Assembly: GCA_043228905.1 (NCBI GenBank)
Contig: JBHGNT010000008.1
Location: 12,524,001 to 12,588,000, forward strand
Direction of reading: 5' to 3'
Length of the DNA stretch: 64,000 bases
Origin: Azolla caroliniana
Taxonomy: Eukaryota > Plantae > Polypodiophyta
In this document: positions 23,601 to 34,476 of the stretch, piece by piece
Layout of the letters: each line of letters starts with the position of its first letter
Position numbering within the stretch: position 1 is the first letter of the stretch
The notes under the pieces: model-generated
Databases searched by the model: none
What the model was told of the DNA's origin: nothing
The model's input: only the letters and a program-made list of their open reading frames with translations
Position numbers and translations under genes: made by a program

Positions 23601-26600
23601 TCTAACAGTGAAGATTGTGGAATAGGCCTACATATCATGCAATCCCACAGACAACAAGCTCTTCTTGATGTCCGAAATAAAATGAATTTGGTCTAGTGTC
23701 AACTCTTGACTATTGTCCATGGCCACTCTAACACCACCAAGTCCTTTGATGTTACAAGCATAGTTATTACCTGGGAAAACCTTCCTAAATTTACCTACAA
23801 AAAATTAAAGAAAGCACTATCTATAAAACAAGTTGTTGCAAAAACAACAAGCTCTTCTTAATGTCCCGAACAAAATGAACTTGGTCTAGTGTCAACTCTT
23901 GACAATTCTCCATGGCCACTCGAACAACAGAAAGTCCTTTGATGTAACACGAATGGTTATTACCAAGGAAAACCTTCCCAAATTTACCTACAAAAAATTA
24001 AAGATAGCACTGCCGAGAAGGAAAGCAATGAAAGGAAGCACCAGAGTCAATAATCCATGCCTGAATAATAGAATCTTGTACAATTAGCAATGCGCTTGTA
24101 TCCAACAGCTTTGGGAGCTCCCTAAAGGATCAAGGTTGCCACTTATGTCATCAAAACAACTTGCTAAACATGGAAAGGTTCATTGTTAGTATCATGAAAT
24201 GCAACAATGGTTCAAGTCACATGGCATAAACATAAACGCACCAAAGAACGTTATGTTTGTCATTATAGTGTTTTTTTATGAAATACGCAGAAGATAACAT
24301 TGACTCTTTAAACAAGGGTTTGGCATACTATGCAACGTAATGGAATATGTGGACCAACGGTGCTTGGGAGTTTTCTTGTTAGAACTCAAGAGACATAGGG
24401 AAAAGTTATTGAAAGACAACCGAACTATAAAGTTCATTAGCCCCATCACTCCTCATGATACAAGTCAATGAAGGGCTACAAAAATGGTCCCAACCCAAAC
24501 ATAAGAAAGGGGTTACAATCGATCAGGCAATAGCAATTTGTCATGCACGTAGACCCCGTCCCCATGAACCATGGCCTCCTCACCATTGTCATCAATAGAT
24601 GAAGACCAGTATCTCCCGCCATCCCAAGTGCTTCCCTCTTTTCGAAGACTTCTCCATTGTGGATCGACCTATGCTAGAGATCTTTCAAAGACAAAAATTA
24701 CAATATATCTGACTTGAGAATCTTACATGTGCCGATAACATGATTCTTTAGTCTCTTTTTATCTTATTAACATTTATTTATTTTGATTTGTTGTTCTCAA
24801 AGACAAGACAACACTTAAGATGTAATGTCTTGTTTGGTCCCCCAATCAATGGCCCTCCTTTTCCAAAGATCTTAGATTTCCCTAGCAAATCTAAATCCTT
24901 GGGATGCCTGGGCTTTTCCCAAGATCTTAGATTTCCCTAGCAAATCTAAATCCTTGGGATGCCTGGGCTTTTCCTGTCATAATATCTTTCAATTTTCTTA
25001 CCCCTCTTATACCCTTCTTTAGTTTTCTTACACCATATTTAATCCTCTTCTAGCCCTCATCCTGACTAGTTATGAGCCTTGGTTCAACTCAAACCAAACC
25101 AAACCATCAAGACATGATTTAATGGTTTATCAATTTGAATATAATTAAATGGTTTAATTTGGTTCCAAATATCGTTACAGCATTTGGTTTGGTTTCAAAT
25201 ATTATTAAATAGTTTGGTTTTAGTTTGATTTTAGTTTGGTTTGATTCTAAAACCCGTGTTTATTGGTTTAAAGGTTTATGTGGCTCAATTTAATGTTTTA
25301 TTCATCTTTTGTTTAACTTTTATTTTTTGTTTCCTTAATGGTTTAACTTATTTAATCAAATTAATTACTTTAATGTTTTAGTTAATGATTTTTTTTGTTT
25401 ACTAATTTCATTAATTTAACTTAAATGATTTACCAATTTAATGCTTTTTAATTTACTGCATTTTTTGTTTAATTGCAAATGCTTTGGTTTGGTTTCAACT
25501 TTTTCTAAAATGGTTTGGTTTAAATGGCCTGGTCAAAACAGTTTGGTTGTTCTTAAATAGTTTGGTTAGGTTTTTGTTATGTATAATGGTTCGGTTCAGT
25601 TCAGTTTGGTTTCAAGGCCAAGAAACCAAACTGAAACGAAAACGGGCCCCATACCTAATCCTTACTACAATTTTTCCTTTTACAACCATTGGTGGGTTCT
25701 CATCTCCCACGAACTCCACCTTCTAGTGGCGCTATGAAAGGATATATTTGTCATCACACCATACATTCTAATGAGCTGCTTTAAAAGAGAAATATATTTG
25801 CATTAAGTATCTTAACTGTTTTAAGTGTATCTCTTTTCATTCAATTCTTTGCTCGCTTGTTTTTAGCATGAAGACTTACATTTTAATTTAATTTATGTTT
25901 TTTACTTAAAACTTAATACTTTTCTTTATCTTAATTTTTTATTTAACCTTCCTATCAATTTATATTTTGTTTTTTATCCTCCCTCTTGTTTTACCATCTT
26001 CGGGTTATGTACACCCAAGTGGTAAACCAAGTTTTTTCACCTTAAACTTAATTTTAGCCTCCCTCTTGCTTTTTTATCTTCTGGCTATGTGCACCCAAGT
26101 GGTAAGCCAAGTTTTTTCACCTTAAACTTAATTTTAGCCTCCCTCTTGCTTTTTTATCTTCTGGCTATGTGCACCCAAGTGGTAAGCCAAGTTTGTACTA
26201 ATCGATAAACTCAGCTTCAAATCTTACATGTTCTACTTCACCAATGCCACTGGAATGTAGGCCAATGTATATACACTAGGGATTTGACATGAGATAGGGA
26301 TGATTAGATATACAGTCATTAGTTATTGCAGCCACAGAATTTATGCTAGTGAATGAGGTTTCCCTTAACAATAGAGGTTTCAGCCATGTGTTAGAAAAAT
26401 TGGAGATACAAATACATTTTAGCAAATGCAGGTACATCATGAATACCAGAACATTTCCAAGGAGCATTTAGCATACCTAGAGATGTAAAATCTGAAGATT
26501 TATCTTTATCGAATCCAAAATCTGCAAAACAAGCAAAGCAGTTCATGAATCATTCAAATGACATTTCCACTAACCAACTCTACCAACACTTGAGCTCTTC

Positions 26601-29600
26601 AAAAATTATGGAAATTTCTGTTTTTCAATGTAAAACTAAAATAGATATGAAATCAAAACAATTCGTCACATTTTCCAGTACTCTATCCTACCCTTCAGCC
26701 TCTGGTATACCCAGATTGTGATGTTTCTTGCTTATACTACTTAGAATCTTATAAAAAAGCAACTTTACCCATGTCCCAATATTCAATCCAGTGAATTAGC
26801 AATCCTCCCATCAGTATGCAATTTCACAATACACTCATCAGTGTGCAGTATCCAGAATCCGTTTTTCAAAGTTCACAGCTGAGAAGAAGCTCACAGTGAA
26901 TGAAGTCCGCACCATGCTAGAGTTGATAAAGAGACGGTTGTCAATGTGCCACATAGATGAGATTACATATTGGGTGGTGTTCACAGAACAGTTCAAGATA
27001 CTTAAAGGGAATCATGTGGTTGCAAGAGGCAACAAAACCACATCATTGTATCCTCTCCACATATCCTCGAAGCAGCACCTGTTGACAGTGACTACACTAT
27101 GGCATTGCCTTTGAAGTGAGGGAAGCATATCTAGTGCTTGCTAATAATGACCTTTATTTGTAGGAGGGAGAAAGAGATTGATAGATAGATTTTATTTTGA
27201 TGTTTGGAGGTCGAATATGACCTGAGACCAAATTTTCCACGTAATACATATGAAAGTGGAAAGTGAATCTCAATGTTTAAGAACTGTATTGGCAAATGTC
27301 GAAATTGGGACTACACATTAGAGAAATTCATGCACGAATTGGGTTGCGTCGAAGATCTATGGAAAGCATGGTTGAATGTGATCAAAGGCATAGCATTGTA
27401 TCCAAGCGTGATACTCATGACTCCCGAACTAGTTTTGGCCAAAATGTGCATATCACATGCACCCAACCACCTATCTTAGATCAACTAGTCTCATCATATG
27501 CACCCAACGACCTATCTTAGATCAACGTGAGAATGAACTAAATCATACAGAAGCAATGGTTTTGATGGCAAGCAACAAGATGGGTAGTAAAATTCATCAG
27601 TGCATGCGGTTTCCCCATTTAACAAAGAATATGGTTTTGTAATTAGGTGCAACATATGCAATATAATGTGTGAGCCATGACTATCCACATTTTTCAGATG
27701 TCATGATACACTGGTGTTGCAAAAAGGCCTTGTTCACAAAGGGATCTATTGATATATCACGATGCAAGTGTGTTAAATCCCACCTTCCAAAACATTTTAT
27801 CATATCTTGAATCCACCTGGATCTAGGAAGTCAATGAAAAACTTTTTTGAACCTTAAGCTTGTACCTAACAACCCTTTCTATGGGCATGATCTCAATGGG
27901 TAGTGATCCCATCTCAAGAAGTAAGAGGGTGTATAGTGTTTGTTTCTTGACTTGGAGAAACTTTGAAGAAAATGCTTTTGGACATTTTCAAACTCTTTGT
28001 AACCGGACTGGGATATAATCTCCCCATAATTCCACACCATATAGACACGCCAGTGTCGCCAAAGTGTCAAAATGATATTTATTGAGAACCCAACATTTGA
28101 TTTCTCTACCTCTACAAATGTTCCCAAATGGATAATAAACTCTCTTTCCGGCCTCTAAGCAACGGGTAGAACATTCATCCCATTTATGATTTGAGTGAAC
28201 TTCAAGGCCAAGATATTTAAAGCTTTCCATGATTTCAAGTGGCTCAGTATTATACATAAAGCATGGTTTATCCTTATTTTGGCCCTTCACAACATAATCT
28301 TTATTTTAGAGCTTTTGACACTCAACTTAATAAACATAAAAAATTCTTCCAATGCCCTCATAAGGTTTTGTGCATCAAGGTATTTGCAGAAAACGCAGCG
28401 GATCAAATATCACACAAAATGCAGCAGATGCAGAGATTAGGCAAACATTAAACGTGCCTAAAACCTAATGATTAGGCAGACATTACACTGGGAGAGAGAG
28501 AGAGAGATGGAGATCATCTCCTTGCTACCACTGTTGTACGGTCAATTAGGATGGTGGCCATGTGCAGTTTGCAGATCAACTGTTATGTCAACTGATATGT
28601 TTCCTTCCAGATTTGTGTCCCAGGCCCTTCTCCCCAATTTGGAGGAAAAGATTTTGTAACAGGATATTCTAGTCTATGCTTTTTAAATCAGGATAAATCT
28701 AAGGCATCTGATGAATGTCATGGAGCAAGAAAGTCACCAACATGTCTTCAAGACCATCTTTGAACTAAAAATATACTAATCCCTGGCAATGTCATTGGAA
28801 CATGTGACCATCCTAATGGATCATAGACACTCAATATAACTTCACATGCCTTGGAGCTATGCATAATTTGTTAAAATATGGAACAGTTAACATTCATAAC
28901 ATTGAAAGAGATGCTGACAAACCAATCTGTCCAAGAAGCTCAAGTTTGATTCCCTGATGCTCAAATCTTTTCCCAGGATGTGGAACAATTCGAACCTGAA
29001 AATAATAATGCAAACGAGAGCAGTAATGTAAATAATCCCAGCATTAAATGATTTTATAATGGACATCTACAATTCTGTGAACCAATGTACTATATGTAGT
29101 CAATGGGTAAATATGCAAGTATGTTGAATTTGACATGTTCTGTGCAACTGTTATTGCATTTTAAAATCCAGGCATGTACACACACTATATTTATACATAC
29201 ATATAGATAGATGGATGGATAAAGGAATAAAAATATACATAAATACATCAAGCTTGATGTACCTGTCCCATTAAACTTTCAAGGCTGTGAAACAATGGCA
29301 CTGTAACTATATGTCCCTTCTCCTTTCTCACAGTAACCTATAGATGATGACTTAAAAATAAGTATACATTAATAATGGCTTATAACTTTCTTGATCTTCC
29401 TGCAGAACATGCCTAAAAAAACATGACATTAAGCAGTTGGAAACAAACATATACATCCTACAACTTGTATCATGAAAAGGAATGTTTGGGTTAGACATGA
29501 AATGCCAATGTTTGTGCTCTTTTATGTACAGCATTAGGTTATGTGGATTGTTTGTGTAATTATGTTGGTGCCATATTTGCACCATATTTGTAACATAATA

Positions 29601-32600
29601 AAGAGAGTGATGGTATGCAATTGTGTTTATCAATTCCTTGTGATCCAACTACCCACATTGATTCATGATAAATGTGAATGCTTTGAAATATTTCTTGAAT
29701 TGTTAAATTACTATTTTCAAGAGAAAGACACTAAAGTTTGTTTTGAAAACATATATATGTGTGTGTACACACCTGTTGCCTAGTATCAGCGTCAGCAAAG
29801 TCAATTGTCGCTGTGTACGGTGGAGCCAAAGCTCCACGTATAAAATTCTAAAATCAAAATAATAATAAAAGACAAAGCCAAGGTAAATAAAGCAAGAGCT
29901 AAACAATTGTTATGACAAACTAATATTTTACTAAATCCAAATAATAAGCATGCCATGCCATTCTAGCGTAAGTGGGGATGCGTACTTGTCAAATTATAAG
30001 AGAAATCCACATTGTCAAAGGAGTTCATGTACAAATGTGTATGTGTGGTTAATGGGTGAGTCTATTTTTGTTCTTATTTCCCCAAAACTCATAAAATCAG
30101 GATAGATCACATTGAATGGCCAGTGTGATCTAGCCAAGGGCAACAAGCCTTAGAATCAGTATACGGGCAATCCAGTCAGAATGGGGTTCTTATGTGTCTA
30201 GAAGTGCGTCCATTTGTGAAGGTGTGCCACTAAGTAGCTTGACAATTAAGAATTAGGCCCTACATAAAGTCATTTTATAGTTAGTAAGTGGGATCAAATC
30301 AGCCAAGATCACATTGAATGGCCAGTGTGAGACATTCAGTGCTGCAAGAAAGACTCTCCGGTGAGACATTCAACCTGAATTGATACCTGACTGCTCTGGT
30401 GAGTGAGAAATGCTCTGGAAACTCTATGAAAATACTGAAAGAATACAAACAGCTGGATTGGTGTGTTACATGTTGCCACCTTCTGAAAGTTCTACTGTGA
30501 AATTTCAGAGTGACTGCGTATCTGTGTGAGTATGAATGCTACTGAGGAAAAAAGGAATAAAGCTTAATATGGAGGGAACCTAAAAGAAGAGGAAAAAGAG
30601 AAATTATTTTAACCCTAAAAAAGGGAGCTTATAAGACACACAACTCTTTACCAATCTGTCAATCTAGATTGGATAAATCTAGATCAATGGCCTCTAGCAC
30701 CACCCAGATCCACATAGAAAAAAAAAAATATTGGTCTCTCTCATCAAAACACCGAAAGATACAATTGCTTTCATCAAATAAAATTCAACTAAGCAATAGC
30801 AAGTAAAAAGGTAAATACAAGAAAACAAATATGACCAGAAACCCAACAGAATACCTCTCAATTTTTCTTTCGCAGCCCCCCAACACCCGTAAAAGTTTCA
30901 TAGATTGTCGTTAAACCGTAAAAATGTGGCAGCTTTTTAGTTTCATGCAAAATATAATTATTCTACTTCCCCTAAAGAAGGTGGAATTCATAATTGAAAC
31001 CTTCCATTTCTACTTTCATACTGGTTTATCTTCACCAGATCATTCTTTGCGGAAAACAGAAATATTTACAGATTCTTTGTCTCTTTTTATTGTTTTTCCC
31101 ATACGTACAAATATTGCAACTAGACATGGTTGTGGCTATAAGGCATCATCATAGAAGATCACAGAAATAGGCATTCTGTCAGACTCCTATATTATTATCA
31201 CTGAACTGTTAAATCGCATGTGATTAAGGTTTATGGGTCTAGACTGGACGTTAACGTGATCCAAGCATGCTTTTTTCATTATTTCAAAAAATTGACACAC
31301 AGGAAATCCAGGAACCCTTGTCATCACCAAATCAAGGAAATTATCACCTTGCACTGAAGGTACTTTTCTCACTTTGGATACCACTTCATCTTAGATTGAC
31401 CCATGTGGGAGATCTTTCATGGGTAATGTTTCAGTCCATCTAAGATCACATATTCTTAGCTAGCAGTAATATCTACATATTTTCTCAATAGTATGGATAT
31501 GTATGTGTATATACTTAACCAAAATCTGGAGGGATTGCTAGGGCTCCTCAGACAGGTTTACTACTTTATTTGTATTTATTTCAGTTTGCTTTTCACCAAG
31601 ATTAGACATTTAATCGCTCATTCAGTCTCATTGGTCATTTTGATTTCTTCTTTATTCTCTTTGTATCACATTGTTATTTTTTAATTCCATGAATGATTTT
31701 TTATATCATGAGCTTCAATATTCTTTGTTCTCCCAAACTGTCCACATTTTGTACTTTTCTCTAACCTTCATGTACTTGTGTACACTGCATACATTTTTGC
31801 AGGAAATCCTGTTGATGGCAGTTATACATCTTGCTATATCTTCATGGTAGCTGGAGAAGCAGTTTGCTCGATGTCTTAAACCCAGAAATATATAATATCA
31901 TGACTATTAAACCCAGAAAGTGTGGCCACAATTCAGAACTGCAACGATGCATTATGGCTTCACATAACATAGATCTTTTAAGCAATAACCCCAACCCTCC
32001 ATTATATGACATGATGAGTGCTACCAAATTAGCAGAAAAAGACCAAGCACATCCACATGAAGTACCACTTGATTTAATGGATGCTCAAAGTATCAGATCT
32101 ATAATCCATTTTCAGGAAGTCATTCTTGCACAGGAGGGCACCAGAAGTACATTTCTCTATGAGCAATGAGTGCCCATTGAACACATTTCCATGTGCCTTA
32201 GAGTTTCAACCTTAACATCACTTCAATGTTATCATGATCAGCTCTAATACCAAATGAAGACAACGAAAAAGCACATACATGTGTTAGGTGAGGTTTTCAT
32301 TCGAGCATGCAATCCTCAATAAGCATTGAATATGTCTTGAACACGCTTCCACGTACCTAAGAGTTTTCATCTTAACATCATTTACGTGTTACCATGACCA
32401 GCTCTAATACCAAATGAAGACAATGAAAGGGACATACATGTTCCAGGATAGTGATCTAAGACTCAATTAGAGTGTAGTTGAGAGTAGTTGATTTGAGAGA
32501 GTAGGACATAAAGATATTATCCAATACTTTAATGAATTGGATTTCTTTTGGTTTAGATTTCACTCATTACCAATATCTCTAATACTGTTATCCAATACTT

Positions 32601-34216
32601 CAATGAATTAGATTTCTCTTTGGCTAAAAAACTTCACTTAAATGTAATATTGAATGATTCCCCTTGGATTGTTTTGCTTCATAAAGCTCATCCACATATT
32701 TTTAGCAACCTATTAGCCAATAACACAACGTTTGATGGATAGCTAAATTATATGCATCCTCTCATCTTTTCATTTCATCCAAGTTGTAAATGTCCACCAC
32801 ACCACTTCTTGCATCTCCATGCAGAGGACCATGGCATAAATGTTTTAAATTTACTAAGGGTGAAACCAATTACATCTATAAGGTTTGAGCGTAGACAACA
32901 TTATCGATTCACACCTTCTGAAGGGATGAGTCACAGAGAGCAGCTACCAAATACATTTAATAATTAACAACTTACAATGAGCAGATTTATTGCCATGACA
33001 TGGAAGTTACAAGCTCAATAGCGCATCGGTTTTTAGCATTTAGAAATGGTGAGAGTTTTTCACCATGCATGATAGTGGCAAGAAGTCTAAAGAAAATGGG
33101 TGTGTCTGGAAAGGAGGGGTAGAATCAGACTTGGTGCATGTGCATACCCAATCCCTTACATTACTTTTACATCATTTGACCTGTGTGAGATTGGTTTTTC
33201 TTTGCCCTTTATAAATTTTGCAAGTGAGTTTCATGAATTGCTCCTTGGATGATTTAAGAAATTAATGGAAATGCTATCAAATATGGAACTAATGGTAAGC
33301 TAAATATTTCTCACATGTATGAAACGTTTTGGAATATTTTCCCATTCATCACCTACCATTATGGACCATAAAGATAGCCATGAAGGAATGGATTAGAAAG
33401 AGAATACAAAATTATATTGACCAGTATCTCAATACATTAGATTTCACGCATCTTTATACAAAAGGTGTCAAATCACCCCATTAACACTCACTTCACAAGG
33501 TCACATCTAATTCCCTTTGCATGTCACATTATGTAAATGATCCCTCCAATGGTACATTTAGGTCCTACATGTACATTAATACGCCATGAAGATGACCTAA
33601 ATTTACCTTTCAAGAAACAAAATTTCCTATTCTTACATTAGAAGGCACAGAAGATGCTTGAATTTCTCCTTGGCTACTATCTGACATGAAGACTTGATTT
33701 ATATGTTTCGATCTATCAAGCATTACATCTACTGAAAGGAGTGATGACAATCTGTGGATCTGTAAGTTGATTAGCTTATAACATAAAGTCATCGGGTCCA
33801 TTCAGGTGTCAAATGTGGGCCCTCGTAAAGCAGATCCCAAGGGCATTCTTAGGATCTGAATCAGGTGGAGGTTGTAAGAAGCATGATACAAAATCTTGTC
33901 ATAAATCTTTTCTAATCCAAACTTTCCCAGGAAATTTCCAACGTTTTGAAGAACCCAAACATATCAGAAAATGCTGTTATTGTTATTACCATCACAAACA
34001 AAGAATACAAGAAACGCTATGATAGCTTCTTAGAAAGTGATAAACTTCTCAGCAGCACATTTTCAAGAAACTACAATATGGCAGGCAACAAAGGCGATGA
34101 TGCCCAAGCCTTTCAGACAAATGCTCATCCCTCGAGAGGCGGATCTCCACAAAACCAAGACGCGTTCAAGCATCAAAAGGAGAGGAGAGAACATGTTAGA
34201 GAAAAGAACTGACCAT
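13075..34216 (-). CDS. VPS26: Vacuolar protein sorting 26 (retromer subunit, VPS26A/B-type), 11 coding exons, 300 aa
   Basis: Exons 34214-34216, 29773-29847, 29263-29337, 28923-28995, 26477-26521, 14407-14518, 14272-14338, 14152-14196, 13867-13922, 13587-13762, 13075-13250 sum to 903 nt. All are GT-AG with consistent phases. Hallmarks HQGIKLELLGQI, MEVGIEDCLHIEFE, GKIYFLLVRIKIK, EIMDGAPVRGESIPIR, RRYFKQ. Confidence 0.95.
13587..13762 (-). CDS. VPS26: VPS26 exon 10 (YHLKDVIVGKIYFLL...MDGAPVR)
   Basis: TTAG acceptor, GTGAG donor. Confidence 0.95.
13867..13922 (-). CDS. VPS26: VPS26 exon 9 (MEVGIEDCLHIEFEFSKS)
   Basis: GCAG acceptor, GTAAT donor. Confidence 0.95.
14152..14196 (-). CDS. VPS26: VPS26 exon 8 (VRNPSPVPEINNCIK)
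   Basis: TTTCAG acceptor, GTAAC donor. Confidence 0.9.
14272..14338 (-). CDS. VPS26: VPS26 exon 7 (YVLKLTIARGFGMSSPVYKDFW)
   Basis: TTCAG acceptor, GTAAT donor. Confidence 0.9.
14407..14518 (-). CDS. VPS26: VPS26 exon 6 (VKELDVSGEIY...YVGLNVVLR)
   Basis: TTTGCAG acceptor, GTGAG donor. Confidence 0.92.
14528..14639 (+). mobile_element. (TC)11, extremely 5'-truncated LINE 3' end (~60 bp), then (TC)15
   Basis: ATGGGCCATTTTGGCC...AAGACGTTAATA matches the 3' end of the LINE at 16940-16972. Confidence 0.75.
14640..17007 (+). mobile_element. 5'-truncated non-LTR retrotransposon (RTE/RTEX-like LINE) with 3' UTR and (TTTC)n(TC)n tail
   Basis: Open 706-aa RT ORF, AT-rich 3' UTR, palindrome GGCCAAATTTGGCC, microsatellite tail. 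Confidence 0.9.
14673..16793 (+). CDS. LINE ORF2 C-terminal part: reverse transcriptase plus C-terminal CCHC domain
   Basis: QAGFR, FVDFRKAFD, GVKQGCPLSP, LLYADD, YLGV, ERICRLC...EDEYHF.CKCP.Y. Confidence 0.9.
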   Translation: MNTVAPIHKGGDPMDPNTYRTIMIGHTLAKLYGAVMEAELSDNMETLNLRAPEQAGFRRAFSTIDHIFTLRCLIDQTKARKKKLYCCFVDFRKAFDTVPRERLFDRLKSLRIPDDMVWAIYTLYEQVSGCVRCPGGLSNRFTSTIGVKQGCPLSPRLFGIYIDEITDFIACEGGTGVVLGNTQVRILLYADDIVLLSESEHDLQRHLNALDDFCVQRGLVVNLGKTKVLIFHTLAQVRAKCHLTISHSPVEVVGSYVYLGVTFNARSGKFLMTQAAKDRLTRGHASLSLLERQCHQAHFQEPRTKGWLFDSLVTPSLMYASAVWAPGLPSFMWTQLERPLVMMLSRQLRSKSTVPHDIIRAEFTLPPMLVEALFQLVVFIHKIHSQPHDRISHQAFKASRSLYESGYTSSWYGMMVSWLLANGLNINNLPPLRYNHTSDNTLISHENRNKVIRQEIWQIYTRCKWITPLEPLPSKMLYYKKHFMHFSELGFITRPKYLDVFLPHALRVVIGQLRISSHQLEIENGRTSGVPREERICRLCHIEIEDEYHFTCKCPTYAKIRAKYQDILGSSPTLPKLLDTLDIKKLGKYILELKQHRENKLQNVDNNVANDHEHVTNEVFQEQEETTNANTLAPLGLSIDEAENQRRTRRPRVPGFKATRRDVEAILKIRERELHRLEAMARALSTLEPTSRPFDPPLLFERLGWK
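17008..21460 (+). mobile_element. Near full-length LINE of the same superfamily (5' UTR, ORF1, APE-RT ORF2), degenerate, with internal deletion near 21127
   Basis: ORF1 pieces 17307-18363 (coiled coil plus RRM-like WRVG/IIRF/KIYL). ORF2 from 18371: endonuclease IWNCNG, ETH, GGV, LGDFNA, VDY, DH; RT GVKQGCPLSP, LLYVDD. Confidence 0.9.
22006..22862. mobile_element. Non-autonomous hAT-type DNA transposon (MITE-like)
   Basis: TIRs CAAGGTTGTT...AACAACCATG, perfect 8-bp TSD GTTTTAAT (21998-22005, 22863-22870), subterminal TACG/CGTA repeats. Confidence 0.85.
22531..22586. repeat. (TTC)n microsatellite
   Basis: About 18 TCT units inside the hAT element. Confidence 0.95.
23000..24075 (-). mobile_element. 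Degenerate Ty1/Copia fragment (PR, GAG-pre-integrase, INT) with ~193-bp tandem duplication
   Basis: WHKRLGHMS...CNDCIYGKQ. Duplicated block begins ACAACAAGCTCTTCTT at 23651 and 23844. Confidence 0.7.
24098..24855 (+). mobile_element. Degenerate 3' fragment of the same LINE family
   Basis: 24098-24180 aligns to 21069-21127; 24398-24600 aligns to 21128-21355. Confidence 0.7.
24858..24974. repeat. 55-bp tandem duplication with internal hairpin
   Basis: Two near-identical copies containing TTAGATTT..AAATCTAA. Confidence 0.9.
25067..25657. mobile_element. Non-autonomous hAT-type MITE
   Basis: TIRs TAGTTATGAGCC...GGCCCCATACCTA, 8-bp TSD ATCCTGAC/ATCCTTAC, many AAACC/GGTTT subterminal repeats. 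Confidence 0.75.
25978..26194. repeat. 80-bp tandem repeat, ~2.7 copies
   Basis: CCTCCCTCTTG at 25978, 26058 and 26138. Confidence 0.9.
26477..26521 (-). CDS. VPS26: VPS26 exon 5 (DFGFDKDKSSDFTSL)
   Basis: TTTTGCAG acceptor, GTATG donor, phase 1-1 fits; DFTSL conserved. Confidence 0.88.
   Translation of the reverse strand: MLDSIKINLQILHL
26880..27115 (+). mobile_element. Small Copia pol relic
   Basis: FKILKGNHVVARG..TSLYPL..TLWH pattern precedes the GAG-pre-integrase domain. Confidence 0.5.
27870..28490 (-). mobile_element. Internally deleted LINE copy (5' UTR joined to RT C-terminal part), preceded by (TC)8 on its strand
   Basis: SFKYLGLEV, LYGVELWG. CTGCGTTTTCTGCAA is shared with the 5' UTR at ~17088-17103. 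(GA)n at 28492-28507. Confidence 0.7.
28923..28995 (-). CDS. VPS26: VPS26 exon 4 (VRIVPHPGKRFEHQGIKLELLGQI)
   Basis: TTTTCAG acceptor, GTTTG donor. Confidence 0.93.
29263..29337 (-). CDS. VPS26: VPS26 exon 3 (VTVRKEKGHIVTVPLFHSLESLMGQ)
   Basis: ATAG acceptor, GTACA donor; VPLF conserved. Confidence 0.9.
29773..29847 (-). CDS. VPS26: VPS26 exon 2 (NFIRGALAPPYTATIDFADADTRQQ)
   Basis: TTTTAG acceptor, GTGTG donor; matches the plant VPS26 N-terminal pattern N...GA..P....I.FAD...R.Q. Confidence 0.88.
30960..32700 (-). mobile_element. Highly degenerate Copia-like relic with duplicated LTR/PBS junction
   Basis: Reverse PBS GCTCTAATACCA at 32241 and 32401 within a 160-bp-period duplication. CNICTYGK and YF.IFYDD-like remnants near 31100-31170. 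Confidence 0.45.
34214..34216 (-). CDS. VPS26: VPS26 exon 1 coding part (ATG only)
   Basis: CCCGCC-ATG-GTCAGT: strong start context immediately followed by a phase-0 donor. Exon 2 has no Met of its own. Confidence 0.75.
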
Positions 34217-34322
34217 GGCGGGATTCGGGAATTCAGCGAGGGCGGAAGCGAAGAGGAAGAAGGCCCATTCCTTACACTGCCACTCTGGCCCAACCAGAAA
34301 GCTCCTTCTTCTTTCCTCTCTG

Positions 34323-34476
34323 AATAGATAGATAGATATGTATGTACATATGTAGTATGTATGTACATACACACACAAAAAGACGAGCCGAGATGGTCAT
34401 GGTCATGGTCATGGTCTAGACTCTGAGGTATGTAAGTAGGTATGTATGTATGTATGCATAATGCATGTACATATGT
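34323..34476. repeat. Simple repeats (TAGA/TATG/ATGGTC) in the VPS26 upstream region
   Basis: (ATGGTC)4 at 34393-34416 and (TATG)n runs. Confidence 0.8.

Noticed and set aside
30103-30331. Hairpin TAGATCACATTG-AATGGC-CAGTGTGATCTA, partly repeated at 30307, as a miRNA precursor
   Set aside because: The stem is only ~12 bp, too short for a plant pre-miRNA; likely a small repeat relic.
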